Below, one piece after another: positions 27,303-37,677 of a stretch of DNA of 64,000 nt. Origin of the DNA: Candidatus Aenigmatarchaeota archaeon (lineage in GTDB: Archaea > Aenigmatarchaeota > Aenigmatarchaeia > JACPZZ01); assembly GCA_043801595.1 (NCBI GenBank), contig JAZDLW010000022.1:26812-90811 (forward strand), written 5' to 3'. The position numbers and the translations under genes were made by a program. How positions within the stretch are numbered: position 1 is the first letter of the stretch; each line of letters begins with the position of its first letter. Under the pieces are notes generated by a model. That model did not search any database. It saw nothing but the letters and a program-made list of their open reading frames with translations, and was not told the DNA's origin.

Positions 27303-29576
27303 ATGGCTCTACGTTTCGAGTACAATCCGCAGGATAATTCCATACGGCTGAACACGCTCGGTACGCTTTACGGCTCAAGCCTCGAGGACTTTGACGCCAT
27401 AATGGCGGCAGCTATTGATAAAATAATCGAGGTAAAGAAAGTTTCGCGGATCGTGCTTGCGGAAACGCGTGAATACGAGTATGACTGGGAACAAACAAAG
27501 CTTCTTGTCGAAATTGCCGAAGCACTGGATGAGATAGTAAAAGGAAGGAGATTGCTGACCATTTCTGCGCTGTCGCCGCCAAACTGCGACAAGCACACGC
27601 AAGAGCGAAGCCACAACGTGCAGCGCATTGTAATAGATTTGATGCGGCGCGACCCGATCGGAGCGTATGCGGAGGTATTGAGGGAGATCAGACAGGCGAA
27701 AATAGACGCGAAGAAGAACCCATATCACATCCAGTGCTACGCGTATTATGTGAACAATTCGCTGCTTCCAATCCAGCGTGCGATGGAATCCACGACGCTG
27801 ATACAACTCGTAAAGGATAATATCGCAGGCTATCATATCGGCGACAGGAGCCTTTACAGGGATATATTTCATCCAACAGTACGGCCGAATTTCATGCTAA
27901 CAAGGTACATGTCCGCCACGCCCGCAAACGGCCAGGCGGTTGACAGGTACAAAATCGGCGACATAGATGTTGAGATATTCCGCGTTCCAACAAAATCGGA
28001 ATTGGTCTATCACGTTATTCCGCCTGAATTTCAGTTAACAGAGGATAAGTACATGTTGCTGGATGCGGCCAGAAGATATATGGCAGCACACAGGCCCATT
28101 GAAACGGAGTTTTCCGATCCCGAGCGGGCGCGCGAGATATTCGCAAACATAGGGCGCGACATGATACGCGATTTGTCAACGAACATGGGAATATTTTTGA
28201 GCCCGGGCGAGACCGAGAATATAACCAAAATCCTGACGCGTTACACAGCAGGCTACGGAGTTTTGGAAATTTTACTGGCCGACGAAAAGATACAGGACAT
28301 ATATATCAATTCGCCTATCGGACAAAATCCCATATACATCACGCATTCCGATTACAACGAGTGCGCAACCAATCTTATTCCCACAAAGGATGACGCTGAA
28401 TCGTGGGCAACGAGATTCAGAATAGCGTCTGGACGGCCGTTAGACGAGGCGAACCCGGTCCTTGACACGGATATAATAGTTCCTGGCGGGCGCGCGAGAG
28501 TTGCTGCGATAACAAAGACTTTGTCGCCTGAAGGGCTGGCGTTCGCGTTCCGAAGACACAGGGATAAACCTTGGACGCTACCGTTGTTCATAAAAAGCGG
28601 GATGATAAATCCGCTGTTCGCGGGCGTGATGAGTTTTTTAGTCGATGGTTCAGCGTCTATGCTGATCGCAGGCGGTCGAGGATCCGGAAAGACGTCGCTG
28701 TTAAACGCCCTGATGCTTGAGATCTCGCCGAACAAGCGAATACTTACTGTCGAGGATACGATCGAGCTTGCGGTCGATTACATGAGAAAGCTCGGGTACA
28801 ACATCGAACGATTGAAGTCGCGTTCGGTGATTACGCACATCGAAACTGAGATGGCTGCGGATGAGGCGTTGCGAACTGCGCTGCGTCTCGGCGATTCCTC
28901 GTTAATAGTGGGCGAAGTGCGTTCGATCGAGGCGAAAGCGCTGTACGAGGCAATGCGAATAGGCGCTTTATCGAACATTGTCGCAGGCACAATACACGGC
29001 GAATCGCCGTACGGCGTTTACGACCGAGTTGTGAACGATCTCGGCGTTCCGCCGACAAGTTTCAAAGCGACGGATATAATCGTTATTGCGAAAATGCTCC
29101 ATTCCGCCGACGGTTTGCACAGGTTCCGGCGCGTAACGGAATTGACAGAAGTGCGCAAGCACTGGAAAAACGACCCGTACGAAGAAAAGGGATTTGTAAA
29201 CCTCATGGAATATTCGGCTGCTAACGACGCACTGAAGGCCACTGATGTTCTGTCTACGGGCGAGTCGGAAATAATAAACCGGATAGCTTCGTCAACGCGC
29301 GAGTGGGAAGGAAAATGGGAGGATGTATGGGAAAACATACAGCTTCGCGCGAACATCAAAAAAGCAATGGTCGACTACTCCACCAAACTCAATCTTCCGG
29401 AAATAATCGAGGCGCCGTGGGTGATACAATCCAACGAATGTTTCCATATAATCAGTTCGAAAATCAAGGAAGATACGGGTTACATGGATCCGAAGGAAAT
29501 ATTCTCCAGGTGGGATAAATGGTTTGGCACAAAAATAAAGGAGTATATTCCGAAATTGGCGACAAAGGCAAGATGA
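27303..29576 (+). CDS. Type II/IV secretion / type IV pilus ATPase (VirB11/TadA/ArlI family) with extended N-terminus
   Basis: Walker A GGRGSGKT, TVEDTIEL, ALRL..LIVGEVR, GTIHG. Confidence 0.92.
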   Translation: MALRFEYNPQDNSIRLNTLGTLYGSSLEDFDAIMAAAIDKIIEVKKVSRIVLAETREYEYDWEQTKLLVEIAEALDEIVKGRRLLTISALSPPNCDKHTQERSHNVQRIVIDLMRRDPIGAYAEVLREIRQAKIDAKKNPYHIQCYAYYVNNSLLPIQRAMESTTLIQLVKDNIAGYHIGDRSLYRDIFHPTVRPNFMLTRYMSATPANGQAVDRYKIGDIDVEIFRVPTKSELVYHVIPPEFQLTEDKYMLLDAARRYMAAHRPIETEFSDPERAREIFANIGRDMIRDLSTNMGIFLSPGETENITKILTRYTAGYGVLEILLADEKIQDIYINSPIGQNPIYITHSDYNECATNLIPTKDDAESWATRFRIASGRPLDEANPVLDTDIIVPGGRARVAAITKTLSPEGLAFAFRRHRDKPWTLPLFIKSGMINPLFAGVMSFLVDGSASMLIAGGRGSGKTSLLNALMLEISPNKRILTVEDTIELAVDYMRKLGYNIERLKSRSVITHIETEMAADEALRTALRLGDSSLIVGEVRSIEAKALYEAMRIGALSNIVAGTIHGESPYGVYDRVVNDLGVPPTSFKATDIIVIAKMLHSADGLHRFRRVTELTEVRKHWKNDPYEEKGFVNLMEYSAANDALKATDVLSTGESEIINRIASSTREWEGKWEDVWENIQLRANIKKAMVDYSTKLNLPEIIEAPWVIQSNECFHIISSKIKEDTGYMDPKEIFSRWDKWFGTKIKEYIPKLATKAR

Positions 29577-31645
29577 GCGTAATGGGCGACAACTCTTTGG
29601 ATAAGGACGAGCTGGCACGGATTGCGAAAGAATATGCGCCCAGAATTTTCGAGGATTATGAAAAGAGGCCCGAGGAATTCGTTTCACGTGACTATAAAGT
29701 ATTCAAGAGCGAGGAAGCCAGCTCCAAAAAAAATCTTACGCCTTACGAATTACTTTGCAGCGTTGCTGAAAAAATAATCAAAGTGCAGCCTTCGAAAGGC
29801 TCTTCCGAAGACCTGACAAAATCAATAGAATTTTCCGGAATGCGGTGCACGCCGGCTGGCGTGTTGTCCGCAGCGTTCATATCAACTATACTCTTCATTT
29901 TTTTATCAGCAACCATCACGCTTATCGGATTAGTGCCGATACCACTCGGACTGACCATGGTAATTTTCTCAATGTTCGCAGGTTTTTACATCGTGCATTA
30001 CCCCAAAAAGCGCGCCAAAGACCTGCGTGTACGCGCATCCGAGGAGATCGTTCTGTCAATAGTCTACATGGTAATATCCATGCGGATTGTCCCGAACCTT
30101 GAGAATGCGATAAAGTTCGTTGCGACCAATCTGGCAGGACCGTTGGCAATGGACTTCCGCAAGCTTCTATGGGACATATACATGAGAAAAGAGGAGAACA
30201 CGGACAAGGCGCTCGGCAAATACATCGATATGAGATGGAAGAACGAGAACGAGGAATTTTCCTCCGCATTAAACCTTATACGCAATTCCGTTGACCAGCC
30301 TGAACAAAAGCGTCTCGCCATGCTCGACGAGTCTGTTGACGTAATATTGAAAGGGACAAAGGAAAGGATGAATCACTATGCACACAACTTGCAAATGCCA
30401 TTGCTGATAATACACGCAATGGGAATAATGCTTCCGGTGATAGGGCTTGTTTTGTTCCCGGTTCTCGTGATGTTTTTATCAAATCTCATCCAGCCGTATA
30501 TGCTATTCCTGGGGTACGACGTTTTCCTTTTCCTCGGGCTGTGGTGGTATACGTCGAACGTTTTGTCGACAAAGCCGCCGACACTCTCAAAGCCTGATGT
30601 TTCTAAGCATCCGGATACGCCGAAGGCAGGATATTTCCGGCTAAGAATTTTCGGAAAAAAATTGAACGTAAGGACGGCTATACCTCCGTCAATACTTTTT
30701 GTAACACTGTTTGCCATAGGCGTTAACGGAATGACAAACAATGCGGCAACGTCGTTCATCAAGGTGATATATTCCGTTGTCATCATCGCGGCGTTTTCGC
30801 TTTCAATATCGTTTTACGCGTTTTTGGAATCTTTCCAGCGTACATACGTGCGGAAAAAAATAATGAGCGTCGAATCCGAGTTTGCGGAAGCTTTATTCCA
30901 CCTTGGAAACCAATTGTCTTCCGGAATTCCGATAGAGAATGCTATTGATAAAAACCAGGAGAAGATACGCGACCTGAGTATATCAGATTTCTTCGAGCGC
31001 ATTGTGCAAAACATCAAACGCATGGGCATGACGTTTGAGCAGGCGATTTTTGACAAGAACAACGGCGCTGTCTGGTATTACCCGTCGAGTCTGATCATAT
31101 CGGTGATGAAAGTGATTGTCGAGGCTGTGCGAAAGGGCGTTTACAATGCATCGCAGTCAATGCTTTCGATATCAAGATACCTCAAGGACGTGCATTCGAT
31201 AGAAGAGGAGCTGCGTTCGGTATTGGGAGAAAGCACAACGAGCATGAAATTTTTAGGAGCGGTTCTTGCGCCGTTGGTAGCAGGCGTGACAGTAACGCTG
31301 GCATTGGTAATGCTCGACATAATCAAGGCGCTCGGAGAGAAGATTGCGATATTAACATCGCAGGGTGGGGCGACAAGCCTTCCGTTATTCTTAACAATCG
31401 GAATGGACAAAGGTGCGGTTACTGCGGAAATATTCCAGCTTGTTGTCGGGATATACATGCTTGAGGTGGCAGGATTGTTATCGTATTTCGTAAGCAGGAT
31501 CGAAACAGGGGAAGACAAGATCAACTTTTACAGTACGCTCGCGCTTAACATGTTCATATCGTTTGCCGTTTATTCCATAACAATCCTGATAGTTTATTCG
31601 ACGTTCGGAGCGCAGATACAGAGCGCGATAATTGGAGGGGTTTGA
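29573..31645 (+). CDS. TadC/ArlJ-like (T2SSF) membrane platform protein
   Basis: Two T2SSF-like repeats (PNLENAI..GPLA.DFRKLLWD; EFAEALFHLGNQLSSGIPIENAI); ATGA overlap with the ATPase. Confidence 0.85.
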   Translation: MSVMGDNSLDKDELARIAKEYAPRIFEDYEKRPEEFVSRDYKVFKSEEASSKKNLTPYELLCSVAEKIIKVQPSKGSSEDLTKSIEFSGMRCTPAGVLSAAFISTILFIFLSATITLIGLVPIPLGLTMVIFSMFAGFYIVHYPKKRAKDLRVRASEEIVLSIVYMVISMRIVPNLENAIKFVATNLAGPLAMDFRKLLWDIYMRKEENTDKALGKYIDMRWKNENEEFSSALNLIRNSVDQPEQKRLAMLDESVDVILKGTKERMNHYAHNLQMPLLIIHAMGIMLPVIGLVLFPVLVMFLSNLIQPYMLFLGYDVFLFLGLWWYTSNVLSTKPPTLSKPDVSKHPDTPKAGYFRLRIFGKKLNVRTAIPPSILFVTLFAIGVNGMTNNAATSFIKVIYSVVIIAAFSLSISFYAFLESFQRTYVRKKIMSVESEFAEALFHLGNQLSSGIPIENAIDKNQEKIRDLSISDFFERIVQNIKRMGMTFEQAIFDKNNGAVWYYPSSLIISVMKVIVEAVRKGVYNASQSMLSISRYLKDVHSIEEELRSVLGESTTSMKFLGAVLAPLVAGVTVTLALVMLDIIKALGEKIAILTSQGGATSLPLFLTIGMDKGAVTAEIFQLVVGIYMLEVAGLLSYFVSRIETGEDKINFYSTLALNMFISFAVYSITILIVYSTFGAQIQSAIIGGV

Positions 31646-32073
31646 TGCCGTCGGACAATGTTCGCTTCATGTTCTGGATCGCGATAGCTTTGATGTTCAT
31701 GCTTGTGTTTTTCGGAATAGCAAACATACTGTTGCCCAGATTAATAATTTACAGTCAGCTGCCTGATACCGAGAGATCGCTTTATTCGGACAGCGGCGAC
31801 GAGGCTGCGCTGCGCATTGTGAACGGCGTATGCAATCTGTGGAATGCCAAAGTCAGCTTCGATTCAGGCTTCGAGAGCGTTGTCGACTACAGAATAACAT
31901 CCGGTTCAGCGGGAGAGACGCAGATCGGCGTTAAGTTCAGTTCAGTATGCCCGGAAATAGGCGACCACTGGAGATATGCGGGAGTTACGATGAGTGCGGA
32001 GAACACGTACGAGGTCAGAATAACACTGGACAGCGGTACGTCGAAGATAATCATTAATGTGAAAAAGAAGTAG
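31642..32073 (+). CDS. Pilus-associated protein, N-terminal TM
   Basis: Single N-terminal hydrophobic helix; in operon. Confidence 0.6.
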   Translation: MMPSDNVRFMFWIAIALMFMLVFFGIANILLPRLIIYSQLPDTERSLYSDSGDEAALRIVNGVCNLWNAKVSFDSGFESVVDYRITSGSAGETQIGVKFSSVCPEIGDHWRYAGVTMSAENTYEVRITLDSGTSKIIINVKKK

Positions 32074-32080
32074 TGAATAT

Positions 32081-32305
32081 ATGATAACAGCGGAAAGCGC
32101 AAAGATAATGTTCATTGCGATAATCGCAATAGTCGTGCTGACTGTAGTATTGGTTGTCGCGGTCGCACTGCAGGCTGCAACGCCGAGCGCAAACGTGTCA
32201 ACGTGCGACGTGATTGAGGGAAGCGGGGTTGTTGGAAAAGGTATCTGCTATCCGCTAAAGGCAGCGACATGGGTTTATTCAAAAACAATAGGCGTGATAA
32301 AATGA
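32081..32305 (+). CDS. Small pilin-like protein
   Basis: N-terminal hydrophobic helix, Cys pair. Confidence 0.55.
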   Translation: MITAESAKIMFIAIIAIVVLTVVLVVAVALQAATPSANVSTCDVIEGSGVVGKGICYPLKAATWVYSKTIGVIK

Positions 32306-32502
32306 ATAAAAAAGGCATGACAACGGCAATGCTCGTAATACTGGGAGCGGTCGTAGTATCATTGATGGTTCTTGGCGTATTCCTGCTATTCTTTAACGAG
32401 GAATCGCAAACTGGCGGTTTTGCGGTTGTGTTTGCAAAAGGCATATGCGGTTTTCTAGCAAACGTAATAGGCGGTTTTGGCGCTGCGATATGCAACCTGT
32501 GA
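32302..32502 (+). CDS. Small pilin (class III signal)
   Basis: MNKKG|MTTAMLVILGAVVV. Confidence 0.65.
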   Translation: MNKKGMTTAMLVILGAVVVSLMVLGVFLLFFNEESQTGGFAVVFAKGICGFLANVIGGFGAAICNL

Positions 32503-32536
32503 TGGTTTATAATCGTAAAAAATAATACTAAGAAGG

Positions 32537-33754
32537 ATGTATATGCGAAAAGGAATGTCGGCTGGTGCGCTGGCGCTGATGGGTGGGATAGCGTTGCTGC
32601 TTCTCGTGTTGATTATCAATGCTGCGCTGGATCCGACGTCCGGTTTTCGCGACTTCCTGAAAAAAGTGCCGTGGTTAAATAAAATCGTCGCGCCAGGCTC
32701 TTCTGACGGGGATACGACGCCTGCGCCAATTCCCACAGACTCTTTCAAGGATTATCCGAGTTGGAGCTCGCTTTCAATATCTCCGACAGCACCGGCAATA
32801 AAATGGTCGTCTCCAACAGATTCCGCAGATGCATGCAAAGTTAAAATCGAATCATTGTTCGATCCTGTTAAAAATCCCAATTTCAACAGCTTCCGTGATA
32901 TTTGTTTGTACGCGACTTCAGATTTTCTATCGGAACCGTTCGATCTTGGCACAAACTGCAAAGTGGAGGCGAGCACACTCGTAAGCTACGTATCGTCTGT
33001 TTGCCGTTCGCAAGTCGGTGTGTTCGGCCTTGACCACAGAACATGGTTGCTTCCTACCAAAAATTGCGGGCAGACCCACAGGGACAAATTCAATGACATA
33101 AGATTCAACTGTGGGCTGGACAACGTGTGTTCGGGAGTTGTGCGATTATACTACAACAAGGATGACAAAGGCGTAGGGATCTGCGACGGAAATTCCGATA
33201 TTCCGGCAATAAAAGACGCTCCTACAGCCAAAACGACGATCATAAAATGGCTCGATGACAGGATAAAGGATTCGGAGCAAAGCGGTGCGGGATCCGAAAT
33301 GTGCGATTCTTTCAGCGATTGCACAATGGTGATAAATATTCCTGAGCCAGGGATACCGATAAACGAGCTTACGACAGCGATAATAGAGAATGTTAGGATT
33401 GACATGGGCGTTGACAACGCATTTGCTGACGGTGCGAAATATCTGGAGTATGGGAGCGGAAAACCTTCCTGCGGTTCTTGCTGGCTACCATGGAATTTAC
33501 CATGCTGCTTATCAGGAGGTTATGTCAGAGACGGCGTGGGACTAGATTTTTCTTTTTACGATCCTGCGCCTTACCAGTCAACAGGGCTGGCGGTCCCATG
33601 CGCAGTTCCAAAATCGGAAAATCTCGGCTATAACTGCGGTTCGAACAATGTGTGCACGGGTGATATCAGGGTAACATACGGCTGCTCGTTTGCAGGTTCC
33701 TGCGGTAAAGATAATAAACAGAGATTCATCGGCGTATGCGAAAAACCACCATAG
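32537..33754 (+). CDS. Large Cys-rich pilin-like/adhesin protein
   Basis: MRKG|MSAG + hydrophobic helix; internal repeat (NCGLDNVCSGVVRLYY / NCGSNNVCTGDIRVTY ... GICD / GVCE). Confidence 0.7.
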   Translation: MYMRKGMSAGALALMGGIALLLLVLIINAALDPTSGFRDFLKKVPWLNKIVAPGSSDGDTTPAPIPTDSFKDYPSWSSLSISPTAPAIKWSSPTDSADACKVKIESLFDPVKNPNFNSFRDICLYATSDFLSEPFDLGTNCKVEASTLVSYVSSVCRSQVGVFGLDHRTWLLPTKNCGQTHRDKFNDIRFNCGLDNVCSGVVRLYYNKDDKGVGICDGNSDIPAIKDAPTAKTTIIKWLDDRIKDSEQSGAGSEMCDSFSDCTMVINIPEPGIPINELTTAIIENVRIDMGVDNAFADGAKYLEYGSGKPSCGSCWLPWNLPCCLSGGYVRDGVGLDFSFYDPAPYQSTGLAVPCAVPKSENLGYNCGSNNVCTGDIRVTYGCSFAGSCGKDNKQRFIGVCEKPP

Positions 33755-33785
33755 GATTGTAGTCATGGACCACTAAAAGATATTT

Positions 33786-34106
33786 ATGAAAGCATTAACA
33801 GAGGCGACATTGGCTGTGCTGATAGGTTTTATCATTGCGCTGGTTTTCGCGTTCCTGATGCTAGGCTGGGTCGAAAACAGCGGCGACAACATAGAACGCG
33901 AACGGAGCAAACTCGCGTCAACAGCAGGATGTCTGACAAAAGAAAACGCGTGCGGATTCGATGATAACAAAGCGTGCGTGTACACGCTTGACGGGCAAAA
34001 TGCATGCGGCTGCCGCGCATGGTTAGGGATCGATAAAAACGGCGATTGCGCCGAAGGAAAGAAATGCAGTTCGGAAAGAGGGACGAATTATGGTTTCTGT
34101 GTTTAA
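33786..34106 (+). CDS. Cys-rich pilin-like protein
   Basis: MKA|LTEATL + TM; 8 Cys. Confidence 0.6.
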   Translation: MKALTEATLAVLIGFIIALVFAFLMLGWVENSGDNIERERSKLASTAGCLTKENACGFDDNKACVYTLDGQNACGCRAWLGIDKNGDCAEGKKCSSERGTNYGFCV

Positions 34107-34281
34107 GGGTGAAAGCGATCAGGCGCTGATGATGGTTCTTGTAATTGTTGGTTTCGTTATCCTGCTCGGAATAGCAATAGCGCTGGTTGTTGTAATCGGA
34201 AGACCGAGCGCGATGAACGCTGTTCCGCTGATCGGAAACTCGCTTTGCGATCTTTTGAAAGGATTAAGGGTGAAATGCTGA
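34090..34281 (+). CDS. Small pilin-like protein
   Basis: FKG|ESDQALMMVLVIVG. Confidence 0.6.
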   Translation: MVSVFKGESDQALMMVLVIVGFVILLGIAIALVVVIGRPSAMNAVPLIGNSLCDLLKGLRVKC

Positions 34282-34614
34282 ATGCCGGAACAGGGAATAG
34301 ATCTTATGATGGTCGTCGTAGGTACGATCGTTTTGCTGGCGGTAATAATAGGATTGGTTTTTTTAGGCGTTATCGGGCCGATTGACAGCACGAAAAAAGG
34401 AAGGAATATGGAGTTCGCTTGCACGCAATACCAAGGCGAGATAGGGTGTGCGAGAAGCGAATGCACGACCGCGTACGATTCTACTGCGTGCAGAATTTTG
34501 CTTGCAAATACAAAATACGGCGCAAATTCAATAAGCGTCTGGGAAACCTGCAATTCGATAGGAATAAACGATCCCAAAAACTGCCATATAAGATGCTGCG
34601 GAAAGACGGGATGA
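34282..34614 (+). CDS. Cys-rich pilin-like protein
   Basis: N-terminal TM, multiple Cys, CCG tail. Confidence 0.6.
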   Translation: MPEQGIDLMMVVVGTIVLLAVIIGLVFLGVIGPIDSTKKGRNMEFACTQYQGEIGCARSECTTAYDSTACRILLANTKYGANSISVWETCNSIGINDPKNCHIRCCGKTG

Positions 34615-34621
34615 TTTTATT

Positions 34622-34966
34622 ATGCGCAAACAAAATAAGTTCATGAAAAAAGGAATGCTGGCAATAGATATGATTATCGTGCTTGCGATAGGCGTAATAA
34701 TCCTCGCGGTTGTTGTCGGACTTGTAATATTCGGCGGGCAGCAGCCGGGAAGCGATATTGCGAAGCAGGCGTTCGTGCGATCGTGCTGCCAGTTGAACAT
34801 GCCGACCACATGTACGGCTGACTCTTCAACAATTAACTGTATAATTCCCAAAAGTCTTGAATCGTCGTTCGGTTGTACATCTTCACCGTGCTCTAGGAAG
34901 CTGGATTTTGTGGCAAGTGCGATAGGTATAACATCCAATGTAAAAGCGTTCTGCGGTTGCGGCTGA
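34622..34966 (+). CDS. Pilin (class III signal)
   Basis: MKKG|MLAIDMIIVLAIGVIIL; CGC end; similar to 40571. Confidence 0.7.
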   Translation: MRKQNKFMKKGMLAIDMIIVLAIGVIILAVVVGLVIFGGQQPGSDIAKQAFVRSCCQLNMPTTCTADSSTINCIIPKSLESSFGCTSSPCSRKLDFVASAIGITSNVKAFCGCG

Positions 34967-34998
34967 AAAACATATTATTAAACAAAATACAATTCTAG

Positions 34999-37677
34999 TT
35001 GATGGACAGCAGAAAAGGACTGGGCCAAGATACGATATTTCTAATGGTCGGAATCCTGATACTGCTTATTACTGCGTTGGTTATCTACGCGCTAATAGGC
35101 GGGCCTTACTGCGATGACCTTGCCAAAAAAACCGCTAGCAACATAAAAGTCGCTGTCGATACTGTTGCAACAACAGGAACGTACACGAAAGACAGCCCGT
35201 ACACGACGTATGCGATGTTATGCCAGAATAATGTGAAAAAACCCTTGACGCTTAACCCGGCAGATTATCGTACTTTTTCAGCGCCCGAATACATGATCTA
35301 CTGGGAGCATTTTCCAGAGTCTCCGAAAAATATAGCTGAGGGGTTGTACAAATTTGACGAAAGCTATCCGTTCAGCAAAAATATGGCTATGATTCTTGGG
35401 ACCAATGTCGCGTTATCATTTGTAAGCGGAACGCTTTCCTCCTTTGCAAAAACCGCCAAAGGAGCGACTTTGATCAAAGACATATCCAGCAAGATATCGA
35501 AATCCACGGCAGGCAAGGTGGTGGGGCTGTTTTTCAAGCCGTTTGTGATAGGCGGAAAAATCGCAACACTTCCGCTGAAATTAATAGATTATGCTGCAAC
35601 AATGGCGGCCAAAGGGATCGTCAAACCCATCGGGTTCATAGTAAAGGTTGCAATTACAAAAACCGGCGTAGGAGAAACCGCAATCGGAAAATGGATAGTT
35701 GCCAAGACAGCGCCAAACATATTCGGCCGTGTGGTGGGGCTGGGCTTCCTCGAATCAATGGGCGAAAGCGCGCTTATACAAATCACAGAGGCTTCGGAAG
35801 GAAAAACTGTCAGGATGATCCGGATCGTGGATCCGGCTGACTCTTCGAAAATGATCGAAAAAGCCATTGTGCCGGAGATCACAAGGGTTGAGTTCAAGAC
35901 CACCATTGACAGTTTAGCCAGCAGCGGCGCAGAGGAGGACAGGATAATAGCGGAAAGATTCAGGGAATTTTTCGCGTACGACAACGACGAAATTGCAAGC
36001 GCGGAAAACTTTGAAAAATCGTTCCAAGAACTGGTGAAAGACTCCGAGAAATTCGACTCAGGTTTTTACGATCTGGTCGGCGGCGCGATGAAAGCGGCCA
36101 GAGAATCTTTTGACAACACAGCCAAAGACATGGCAAGCCGATACGGTTTATATGCGCACAGACCGATAACGGTTTTCTTTGACCAGAGCGGCTTAACGAG
36201 GTTCTCCAATAAAGTAAATGCTATCGGTACTTTCAGAAAGATGAAGTTTTTCGGTGAAGACGGAAAACTTGTCGATGAAGTGTCAACGAGCATTAAAAAG
36301 TCGTTCTCCGATCTGAAGATAACGACAAAAATGGAAACCGAGGATGATTTTGCCGCAGCTACGGAAAAGTTTTTCGTAAAGGACGGCAAAATGATAGTGG
36401 CAAGCGCGGAAACGGATACGGCTATGCTGTCCTTCCTTGAGTCGGAAATAAAATACGGTGTGGATGGATCCGAAACCGGAATAACAAAAGGTGCGTATTC
36501 GAACCTGATGAATGGCGCAGCCAGCGAAGATGATATTGGGAGCATAGCATCGAGTTTCCATACAAATTATATATCTGAACTTAGAAGCGTCGGGATGTCT
36601 GAGGATGCTATAAATGCCGCGGAAGGCAAACTGTCAACGTCACAGTATTCCAAGACACTTGTGAGGGATATGGGGAGAGAGTTGAAGTCGGCAAAAGAAT
36701 TTGCAGTTGACAATGACGAAGCGCTTGAAATTGCAATGTTGTCCGCATCTTGGAAACGCGAGCCGGAACAGCTTGCGCTGATGGCGCAGGACGAGTATGA
36801 AACAATATTGTGGGAAGGCAAGGGTACAATCAAATTCATAAAAACGAACATAGCGGCTTTTATGGTCGGTACGGAGACTGAGAATGAATTAAAATATGCG
36901 TACCTGAAAGCGCCGAATGCGGGATGCGAGTCGAACACGGTCTGCTTAAACCAAAAAGGCGTGGAGCAGAAAAAAGTCGATGTTAAAGAATCGGACATAA
37001 AAAATTACGAGACCGCGTATGTTGTTTCGAAAGATGTTATGGTAAGGCTGGAACGGCCCAAAGACGGTCACATCATATCACCTATAGGCGCCGGCATAGG
37101 TGCATTCAAATTAACGGTAGATCCGCGTTTCCATCTCGTTTCGCCGTGTCTTGCGGAGTTAAAGTTTTATGAGAGCGGCACTGACGCTGAAATGGGCAAG
37201 CCGTTGATAATGTCCGAAGTTGACAGATGCGACCTTTCTTCTAGAAATTCCAATTATTGCTATTTTGACGAAGACAAATTCAACGAAATGGCTGTGGGAT
37301 TTTATAGCAGTCTGGCATGTTCTGTCGTAGCCGATATAGGAAAGCTTGCGCTTTTCGGTTTCGTGCTTCAGCCAGCTTGTTCGCTTGCAGAGGTAAAGAC
37401 CGAGTACGATACAACATGGCCGTTCCAGCCTTTCGAGCCGCTGAAAAGAGAGAATATGAATATATTTTCTTGCAACGTTGAAAAAAATCCCAAGGCTGCT
37501 GCAAAGCTTGCCGTAACAGCATGTTGTAATATTGCCAAGTGCGACAGCGGTTATGTATGTTCCGATGTGGAGTATAGCGACAAAAACAAGGTGATCTGCG
37601 GAAAAGACAAATGCACACTCGCAGACCTTGCGAAGACTGCGGAAGAAGAATATAAAACAACGTGCGGGTGCTCATGA
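34999..37677 (+). CDS. Giant (892 aa) pilin-like protein
   Basis: SRKG|LGQDTIFLMVGILILL; central amphipathic/helical region; Cys-rich C-terminus ending TCGCS. Confidence 0.7.
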   Translation: MMDSRKGLGQDTIFLMVGILILLITALVIYALIGGPYCDDLAKKTASNIKVAVDTVATTGTYTKDSPYTTYAMLCQNNVKKPLTLNPADYRTFSAPEYMIYWEHFPESPKNIAEGLYKFDESYPFSKNMAMILGTNVALSFVSGTLSSFAKTAKGATLIKDISSKISKSTAGKVVGLFFKPFVIGGKIATLPLKLIDYAATMAAKGIVKPIGFIVKVAITKTGVGETAIGKWIVAKTAPNIFGRVVGLGFLESMGESALIQITEASEGKTVRMIRIVDPADSSKMIEKAIVPEITRVEFKTTIDSLASSGAEEDRIIAERFREFFAYDNDEIASAENFEKSFQELVKDSEKFDSGFYDLVGGAMKAARESFDNTAKDMASRYGLYAHRPITVFFDQSGLTRFSNKVNAIGTFRKMKFFGEDGKLVDEVSTSIKKSFSDLKITTKMETEDDFAAATEKFFVKDGKMIVASAETDTAMLSFLESEIKYGVDGSETGITKGAYSNLMNGAASEDDIGSIASSFHTNYISELRSVGMSEDAINAAEGKLSTSQYSKTLVRDMGRELKSAKEFAVDNDEALEIAMLSASWKREPEQLALMAQDEYETILWEGKGTIKFIKTNIAAFMVGTETENELKYAYLKAPNAGCESNTVCLNQKGVEQKKVDVKESDIKNYETAYVVSKDVMVRLERPKDGHIISPIGAGIGAFKLTVDPRFHLVSPCLAELKFYESGTDAEMGKPLIMSEVDRCDLSSRNSNYCYFDEDKFNEMAVGFYSSLACSVVADIGKLALFGFVLQPACSLAEVKTEYDTTWPFQPFEPLKRENMNIFSCNVEKNPKAAAKLAVTACCNIAKCDSGYVCSDVEYSDKNKVICGKDKCTLADLAKTAEEEYKTTCGCS

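Noticed and set aside
27303..31645. Archaellum (arlIJ) or conjugation system call
   Set aside because: No archaellin, ArlH, VirB4 or relaxase is recognisable nearby.
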